A DNA stretch of 64,000 nt from Octopus vulgaris (lineage: Eukaryota): the NCBI GenBank assembly GCA_951406725.2, contig OX597826.1, positions 33,046,001 through 33,110,000 on the forward strand, written 5' to 3'. The notes below the pieces were generated by a model. It saw only the letters and a list, made by a program, of their open reading frames with translations, was not told where the DNA came from and did not search any database. Below, piece by piece: positions 57,377 through 64,000 of this stretch. The position numbers were made by a program, and so were the translations under genes. Numbering within the stretch: the first letter of the stretch is position 1; the number at the start of each line of letters is the position of its first letter.

Positions 57377-59956
57377 ATGCAGGTTGTACTGAAGGCTACT
57401 TTACTACTTCATTACTTGCACATGAATTCTGCCAAATGCGAGCTTTCTTTTCAGGTACACGAAGCTACTGTCCACCGTCCCAGGGTCTCTAGAGCCCATG
57501 CCTCCCACACCCTCAGGGTTGGCACCCTCAACGTTGGCACTCTGAAAGGTAGGTCTGGTGAGATAGTCGAGATGCTTGAACGGAGATGTGTGGATATATG
57601 TTGCATGCAAGAAATAAGGTGGAGAGGAGGATCAGCTAGGTTCCTCACAGGCAAGGAACGCAGGTACAAGATTTTCTGGGCAGGGAACACTGACGGGGTT
57701 GGTGGCGTGGGTATACTTATCACTGAGAAATGGGTAGATAAAGTAATTGAGGTAATCAGAGTATGTGACAGAATACTTAAGATTAGATTAGTGCTTCATC
57801 ATAGTTTAGCAACCATTATATCAGCCTATGCTCCTCAGTCGGGGCTACCCGATGGACAGAAAGACCGATTCTATGACACTCTACTGCAGACTACCTCGTT
57901 GACGAACGACGGAGACCTTATCTTTGTGGCCGGTGACTTCAATGGTCACGTTGAACGACATGCTGGGGGCTTCCATGGCGTACATGGAGGCTATGGCTAT
58001 GGCTCCCGCAACGAGGAGGGAACCAAGCTGCTGGAGTTCTGCGATGCAAATAATCTTATGATTTGCAACACTAACTTCAGGAAACCTACCAGCCACCTAG
58101 TCACTTACCGATCGGGCCAACATACCAGCCAAATTGACTACATCCTTGCAAGGCAAAGGGAGAGATGGCTGCTTATAAATGCCAAAACCTTCCCAGGTGA
58201 AGAATGTACCCCACAACATAGACTGGTAGTTAGTGACTTTAGGATCAGGACTAGGAGGACAACCAGAAGACGACAAATATGGAGAAGAAGGATCTGGAAG
58301 CTTAAAGATCCTGCAAATGGACAGAGATTTAGGGACATATTACTTGAAGCCTCTGATGAAGTAGAAGGGGATAGAGCATCACAGGGGGTAGAAGACAGCT
58401 GGACGTTTCTAAGGGACAACCTGCTGAGAGCCACTGACCAGATCTGTGGCTGGTGCAAAGTCCCCTCTCGACCTAGAATAACATGGTGGTGGAACAATAT
58501 TGTAGACAGGGCTATTAGAGAAAAGAGACAGGCTTGGAAGGTCTGGAAAAATGGAATTAGCAGGGAATTGTATCAGACTGCCAAAAGAGAAGCTAGGAGA
58601 CAGGTTTATTTAGCCAGAGGGGAAGCAGATAAGAAAAAATTTGCCAATGTCCTGCGCCGTGAGGACCAAAGACTGGCGGTGTTTCGCGTTGCAAGACAGT
58701 GTGTGAGAGAGAATCGTGATGTGGTAGGAGAGAAGTGTGTTCGCATGGAAGATGGTTCACTTGCGCTAAATGAGGATGCAAAGAGAGAGGTTTGGAGATG
58801 CCACTATGAAAGGTTGCTGAATGAAGAAAATGAATGGGATAAAGAGAGTCTGCCAAATGTTGACCCAACAGAGGGACCAGCTATCCGAGTTGATAGTTCC
58901 GTGGTAGCTAAGGCAATTAGAAGCATGAAGACGGGAAAAGCCCCAGGCCCATCAGGAATCACTGCAGAGATGCTCAAAATGTCTGGTAGTGTCGGCTATA
59001 GCCTAGTCACCCGTATAGTTAATCAGGTGATACACAAAGGAGTCATACCCAATGACTGGTGTAGCAGTATAATAGTCAACTGCTACAAAGGTAAAGGTGA
59101 TGCCCTAGATACAAATAACTACAGAGGTATCAAGCTGTTGGATCAGGTGATGAAGGTTACGGAGAGGGTCATAGCCCAACTAATTAGAGAGAGAGTTAGT
59201 TTAGATGAGATGCAGTTTGGGTTTGTGCCAGGGAAAAGTACTACTGATGCTATATTCCTGGTAAGGCAGCTGCAGGAGAAATACCTAGCCAAAGATAAGC
59301 CCCTGTACCTGGCTTTTGTTGACATGGAGAAAGCCTTCGACAGGGTCCCCCGATCCCTTATCTGGTGGGCAATGAGGAAACTAGGGATAGATGAATGGTT
59401 AGTGAGAGCTGTGCGGGCCATGTATAGGGATGCTGCTAGTAGGGTGAGGGTTGGAAATGAGTACAGTGAAGAATTCCGGGTAGAGGTAGGGGTCCACCAA
59501 GGCTCAGTACTCAGCCCCCTCCTATTTATCATAGTCCTCCAGGCAATAACGGAGGAATTCAAGACAGGATGCCCTTGGGAGCTCCTCTATGCTGATGACC
59601 TTGCTCTAATTGCTGAGTCGCTATCAGAACTGGAGGAGAAGTTTCAGGTGTGGAAACAAGGATTAGAATCGAAGGGCCTCAGAGTCAATCTAGCTAAAAC
59701 CAAAGTCGTAATCAGTAGGAAGGTAAACAAATCACAAACACCTTCAGGTAGATGGCCCTGCTCGATCTGTAGAAAAGGTGTAGGTAGAAACTCTATAAGA
59801 TGCACCAAGTGTAAGCTATGGACACATAAGAGATGCAGCAATGTCAAAGGAAGGCTAGCTAGGAAGATGGTTTTTGCATGTGGCAGATGCTCAGGAACAA
59901 TAAACACTGAAAATGCTCTGAGACCAACTTCCGTCACTTTCCAGGGAGAAAACTAG
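57377..59956 (+). CDS. RTE LINE polyprotein, N-terminal part (APE endonuclease + reverse transcriptase)
   Basis: APE motifs GTLNVGTL, CMQEIRW, AYAPQ, GDFNGHV, QIDYIL, QHRLVV. RT motifs KAPGPSGI, NYRGIKLL, QFGFVPGKST, FVDMEKAFDRV, GVHQGSVLSP, LYADDL. Confidence 0.93.
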   Translation: MQVVLKATLLLHYLHMNSAKCELSFQVHEATVHRPRVSRAHASHTLRVGTLNVGTLKGRSGEIVEMLERRCVDICCMQEIRWRGGSARFLTGKERRYKIFWAGNTDGVGGVGILITEKWVDKVIEVIRVCDRILKIRLVLHHSLATIISAYAPQSGLPDGQKDRFYDTLLQTTSLTNDGDLIFVAGDFNGHVERHAGGFHGVHGGYGYGSRNEEGTKLLEFCDANNLMICNTNFRKPTSHLVTYRSGQHTSQIDYILARQRERWLLINAKTFPGEECTPQHRLVVSDFRIRTRRTTRRRQIWRRRIWKLKDPANGQRFRDILLEASDEVEGDRASQGVEDSWTFLRDNLLRATDQICGWCKVPSRPRITWWWNNIVDRAIREKRQAWKVWKNGISRELYQTAKREARRQVYLARGEADKKKFANVLRREDQRLAVFRVARQCVRENRDVVGEKCVRMEDGSLALNEDAKREVWRCHYERLLNEENEWDKESLPNVDPTEGPAIRVDSSVVAKAIRSMKTGKAPGPSGITAEMLKMSGSVGYSLVTRIVNQVIHKGVIPNDWCSSIIVNCYKGKGDALDTNNYRGIKLLDQVMKVTERVIAQLIRERVSLDEMQFGFVPGKSTTDAIFLVRQLQEKYLAKDKPLYLAFVDMEKAFDRVPRSLIWWAMRKLGIDEWLVRAVRAMYRDAASRVRVGNEYSEEFRVEVGVHQGSVLSPLLFIIVLQAITEEFKTGCPWELLYADDLALIAESLSELEEKFQVWKQGLESKGLRVNLAKTKVVISRKVNKSQTPSGRWPCSICRKGVGRNSIRCTKCKLWTHKRCSNVKGRLARKMVFACGRCSGTINTENALRPTSVTFQGEN

Positions 59957-60543
59957 AAATAGTTGATAGTTTCCGTTACCTAGGTGACCAAGTCAGCAGC
60001 GGGGGCGGGTGTGCTGAAAGTGTAACTGCTAGAGTAAGAATAGCTTGGGCAAAGTTCAGAGAGCTCTTACCTCTGCTGGTGACAAAAGGCCTCTCGCACA
60101 GAGTGAAAGGCAGACTGTATGATGCGTGTGTACAAACAGCCATGCTACATGGCAGTGAAACATGGGCCGTGACTGCTGAGGATATGCGTAAGCTCGCTAG
60201 AAATGAAGCCAGTATGCTCCGATGGATGTGTAATGCCGGTACTCACACTCGGCAGAGTGTAAGTACCTTGAGAGAAAAGCTGGACCTAAGAAGCATCAGT
60301 TGTGGTGTGCAAGAGAGACGTTTGCGCTGGTATGGTCATGTGGCGAGAATGGATGAAGATAGTTGTGTGAAAAAGTGCCACACCCTAGTGGTTGAGGGAA
60401 CCTGTGGAAGAGGCAGACCCAGGAAAACCTGGGACGAGGTGGTGAAGCACGACCTTCGAACTTTAGGTCTCACTGAGGAAATGACTAGAGACCGAGACCT
60501 CTGGAAGTGTGCTGTGCGCGAGAAGACCCGGCAGGACAAGTGA
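59953..60543 (+). CDS. RTE LINE polyprotein, C-terminal part in a shifted frame
   Basis: Reads LEIVDSFRYLGDQVSS...ARVRIAWAKFRELL...HGSETW...RRLRWYGHVARM...GRGRPRKTW...DRDLW to TGA at 60541-60543. One extra A in the run at 59949-59952 joins it to the upstream ORF. Confidence 0.9.
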   Translation, partial: LEIVDSFRYLGDQVSSGGGCAESVTARVRIAWAKFRELLPLLVTKGLSHRVKGRLYDACVQTAMLHGSETWAVTAEDMRKLARNEASMLRWMCNAGTHTRQSVSTLREKLDLRSISCGVQERRLRWYGHVARMDEDSCVKKCHTLVVEGTCGRGRPRKTWDEVVKHDLRTLGLTEEMTRDRDLWKCAVREKTRQDK

Positions 60544-61151
60544 GTCCATAACCCGTGGCCTTCTACATGGGATGGAGCCAGCCTACGTATGCATACCTTC
60601 CCTTCTTGGGACACAAAACTCTACTTGTGAAGACGTGTTGAGGCAAGTGAGGATCAGAATCGAAATCGATCAATGGAAATTGTGGATGTGTTACCAGTGC
60701 CGGTGGCATGTCGAAACTCTACTTGTGAAGACCCGTTGAGGCAAGTGAGGATCAGAATCGAAATCGATCAATGGAAATCGATCAATGGAAATTGCAGATG
60801 TGTTACCAGTGCCGGTGGCATGTAAGAGAACTTTCCGTTTCGCGACCGTTGCCAGCACCGCCCCGTTTCGTGTCCGTTGCCAGCCTCGCCTGGCCCCCGT
60901 GCCGGTGGCACATAAAAAGTACCATCCGTTCGTGGCCGTTTGCCAGCTCTGTCTGGCACCAGTGCGGGTGGCACGTAAAAAGCACCCACTACACTCACGG
61001 AGTGGTTGGCATTAGGAAGGGCATCCAGCCGTAGAAACACTGCCAGATTTGACTGGGCCTGATGAAGCCTTCTGGCTTCACAGACCCCAGTAGAACCGTC
61101 CAACCCATGCTAGCATGGAAAACGGACGCTAAACGATGATGATGATGATGA

Positions 61152-61198
<47 letters not shown>

Positions 61199-61289
61199 AG
61201 AAAACATTTTCAAATCCTTAAGATAGATGTCACTCAAAATCTTAATCACACATTCATTTTTAATAAAATGACATGATTTTAAGCTTGTG

Positions 61290-61500
61290 TGTTTGTGATT
61301 TCATTTCCTGGGCTGGATGATGAGTTGTGTTCTTCAGTAACACAATGCATTTTGCATTGCTCCAGTTAGCTCAGCTGGGGAAAATAATTAACCCCGTGAT
61401 GGACCAGTGTCCCATCAAGATGGACTAATATATATGCCACAGGATCTGGGAAACCAGACCTTATGAGCCTATGGTTTGGGAAGAACCTTTGATCCCTTTT
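61290..61500 (+). mobile_element. Degenerate SINE (V-domain-like segment)
   Basis: TTGTGTTCTTCAGTAACAC...GCTCCAGTTAGCTCAGCTG...AACCCCGTGATGGACCAGTGTCCCATC. Related head at ~4540-4700(-). Confidence 0.5.
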
Positions 61501-61519
61501 AGATACATACATACATACA

Positions 61520-62050
61520 TGGTGGCTGCCGCCTCGTTATCGAGTATGGCCATTGCACGAAGCTTAATCAATGTTGTAATCGTGCAATGCCTGTGCAAGA
61601 AGATTTTTTTTTAATGTGAGGAAAGGCTGTGCACTGAGTCAATCCCACTCACTAAGCAACAGCAGCCATAATCCGAAAAGAAGAACAAGTCAACATCATC
61701 GGTAACCACTGAGCCGCAGGTTTTATGTCGGAGTTATCCCAGTTATCTGAGTTACCTTCTCCTAGAAGGATGCCCTAACAAAGGCTAGGAGTCCTTCACT
61801 CCCAATGGTTTAACTGCGCGATCGGGTATTCAATCCGATTATTTCTATGTCCCCGCGCATGATACAGCTTTAGACATTTATTGGATGGCTGTTGACTCTC
61901 AAAAGTTCCTCTGCCCTTTGACGGGTTTTGTTTTTCATCCCGCAGGGTGTCCAATAAACACCCTCCTCACCAAGCAAGCTTGGTGGGGTTGCCGGTTTAG
62001 TTGCCGACGACCCGACCATGCAACAGGTTGTACTGGGTTACATGTTACAT
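61520..62050 (-). mobile_element. Non-coding, probably RTE-derived non-autonomous retroelement in (CATA)n
   Basis: CpG-rich, no ORF. The minus strand ends CCATACTCGATAACGAGGCGGCAGCCACC(ATGT)n. Structured 5' end with hairpins CTCACCAAGCAAGCTTGGTGGG and GGGTGTCCAATAAACACCC. Confidence 0.55.
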
Positions 62051-62204
62051 TACATACATACATACATGCATGCATGCATGCATGCATACATACATACATA
62101 CATACATACATACATACATACATACATACATACATACATACATGCATGTATGCATGCATGCATGCATACATACATACATATATACAACAGGATACTTACC
62201 AATC

Positions 62205-62660
62205 TGTCTGAAGCTAAGTGTGGCTGAACTTGGAACTAGAGGGACAAAGGTATGTACTGCCATAGAGGTCAGCTGCCCTGCAAATACAAATATCTCTTTG
62301 AAAATCAAAGAAAAAGTGGAAAGCTATTGACAACTGCTTCGAAGCCTCCAGCTTCTATATCCAGACTATAAAATTAAATTCATACCAATAAAAATTAGAG
62401 CACTAGGTTTTGTTAGTAAATGCTTAAAGGAGAATCTGGATAAACTGGAATTTTCAGAAAGAGAAATTAGTTGGTTGATTCATACATTAGAAGGGCAATC
62501 TGTGAGTGGAACAGTAAAAATATGCAAGACTTTTCTCAAGTTCCAAATGTGAATTTGTCTGTGTTAACTACATCCCTAAAATGGAGCCTTGTATCTTTTT
62601 TGAAAACTGGCTCCCTCCTCAGTGGAAGATTTATAATAATTAGAAAATAGAAGACACGCA
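62205..62660 (+). mobile_element. RLE non-LTR retrotransposon 3' fragment embedded in (CATA)n
   Basis: KVCTAIEVSCPANTNISLKIKEKVESY*QLLRSLQLLYPDYKIKFIPIKIRALGFVSKCLKENLDKLEF...SVSGTVKICKTFLKFQM*. (CATA)n on both sides. Confidence 0.78.
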
Positions 62661-62698
62661 CATACATACATACATACATACATACATACATACATACA

Positions 62699-62730
<32 letters not shown>

Positions 62731-62944
62731 GACATGGATGTTGTGAGAAAAATACAAGAGAAATAGGATATTTATGGAACAATGATAAAGATTTTTGCAA
62801 ATTCAGAAGAAAGACATGCATACATACATAACCAATGCTGAGTTACTGAGAAATCAACAGTTATTTTACCCAGAATACAAGTTTAGGTTCTCAAAACCAA
62901 AAAGGAGAAAACTGATTCAAAGACTACACACCCAAGCCATCACT

Positions 62945-63270
62945 CATCATCATCATTATCATCACCATCATCATCATTTAATGTTTGTTGTCCATGCTGG
63001 CATGGGTTGGATAGTTTGAGTGGGATAACATGCTGGAGGCTGCTCTGGGACTCCAATATGATCTAGCATGGTTTTCTATGGCTGGATGCCCTTGCTAATG
63101 CCAACCACTCCCAGAGTGTAATGGGTGCACACTGGCATGGGTGTCAATTTGTGTGACACTGGTTTCTGTCATGATTGTAATTTTGCTCAGCTTGATGGGT
63201 CTTCTTCTCTTGGTCATTGCATCTGTGAGGCCCAACACTTAAAAGGAACTCAGCCACTTTGCCACTCTGG
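62945..63270 (-). mobile_element. RTE 3'-end copy
   Basis: (CAT)n TTTAATGTTTGTTGTCCATGCTGGCATGGGTTGG...GGCTGGATGCCCTTGCTAATGCCAACCACTCC. Confidence 0.78.
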
Positions 63271-64000
63271 CCAACTGTAAAAAGTTTTAAAACTTTCCAG
63301 AAGTTTATCAATTAAGTATATATGCACATGTCTAGATATGCAGCTATATGCATGGAAATACATGCATAAAACAAAACATACACAACCGCACATGCCAAAT
63401 ACTGCACATACTGACTCCAAATACTGCACATATACCCACAAACATACACCAATACCCTGTTGATGCTGTTGAAATTCCAATGAAGGAGTCTTAGATCTAG
63501 GTGAGAAACCAGCTCTTTCTCTATTGGCAAGAAATCTTGGAATAGACTGAATGATGGTATAAATATATATGTATGTATATACATACATTAATATGAGGAC
63601 AATAATGATGTCCAGCGGCCTTTAGTTTTGTCAGCTGAAAGAGTGCACAACAGTCTCAACATGCCCAGTTATCAGGCATTAGGTTGTCTTTGGCTGTTCC
63701 TTGTTTATGCTAGAACTCCTGCAATCACTGCATGATTGATACCAGTTTTACTTGTGTGTAGATTATGGCATCAGATGAAAAATGCCCAACAGCTTCCAGT
63801 GAATGAATCTTTCAAGTTCTTCATCATAGAAACTTGGTGAGAAAATGTAAAGATTTAAGATAAATTAATCAATTATTTCTAATTTAGAATAATTTTCCGA
63901 GTTGTTATAATGTGTAAAGTCATTAAATAATTATAACAAGATTGGCTGATAACGATTTAACTAAGATTCAGCTAATGTCACAAATATTTGAACGTCATCA

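Larger units (their letters stand above)
56907..61154 (+). mobile_element. Near full-length RTE-clade non-LTR retrotransposon (LINE) inserted in a (TA)n tract
   Basis: 5' leader ~56907-57376, APE+RT ORF, ~600-nt 3'UTR ending AACCCATGCTAGCATGGAAAACGGACGCTAAAC(GAT)n. (TA)n on both flanks. Confidence 0.93.

Noticed and set aside
57377-58300. Host gene such as 'craniofacial development protein 2-like'
   Set aside because: That label reflects an RTE endonuclease. Here it is part of a complete LINE.
61055-61085. CTGATGA plus hairpin in the RTE 3'UTR as a hammerhead
   Set aside because: No GAAA follows, and other copies read CTGGTGCAGC at this position.

Overview
AT-rich, microsatellite-saturated eukaryotic DNA. 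The SINE/LINE repertoire strongly resembles an Octopus (coleoid cephalopod) genome; this is an inference from repeat families. I could not support any host protein-coding gene, so the window looks intronic or intergenic. Nearly all ORFs in the track are translations of (TA)n, (CA)n, (CAT)n, (CTAT)n or (GAA)n. The only long real coding region is an apparently full-length ~4.25-kb RTE-clade LINE (56907-61154). It has APE and RT domains, a C4HC3 PHD-type finger inside the RT, and a single 1-nt frameshift. The rest is a mobile-element landscape: many tRNA-headed SINEs, 5'-truncated RTE tails, R4/Dong-like and other RLE non-LTR fragments in specific microsatellites, Tc1/mariner remnants, and mariner and piggyBac MITEs. 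There is also a set of foldback elements, and hammerhead-ribozyme core motifs occur at several sites. The most unusual object is at 30720-31260: a tRNA-like Pol III head joined to a minimal-hammerhead-containing tail, preceded by an inverted copy of that tail, i.e. a candidate Penelope-mobilised SINE or retrozyme. All repeat boundaries are approximate, read by eye.
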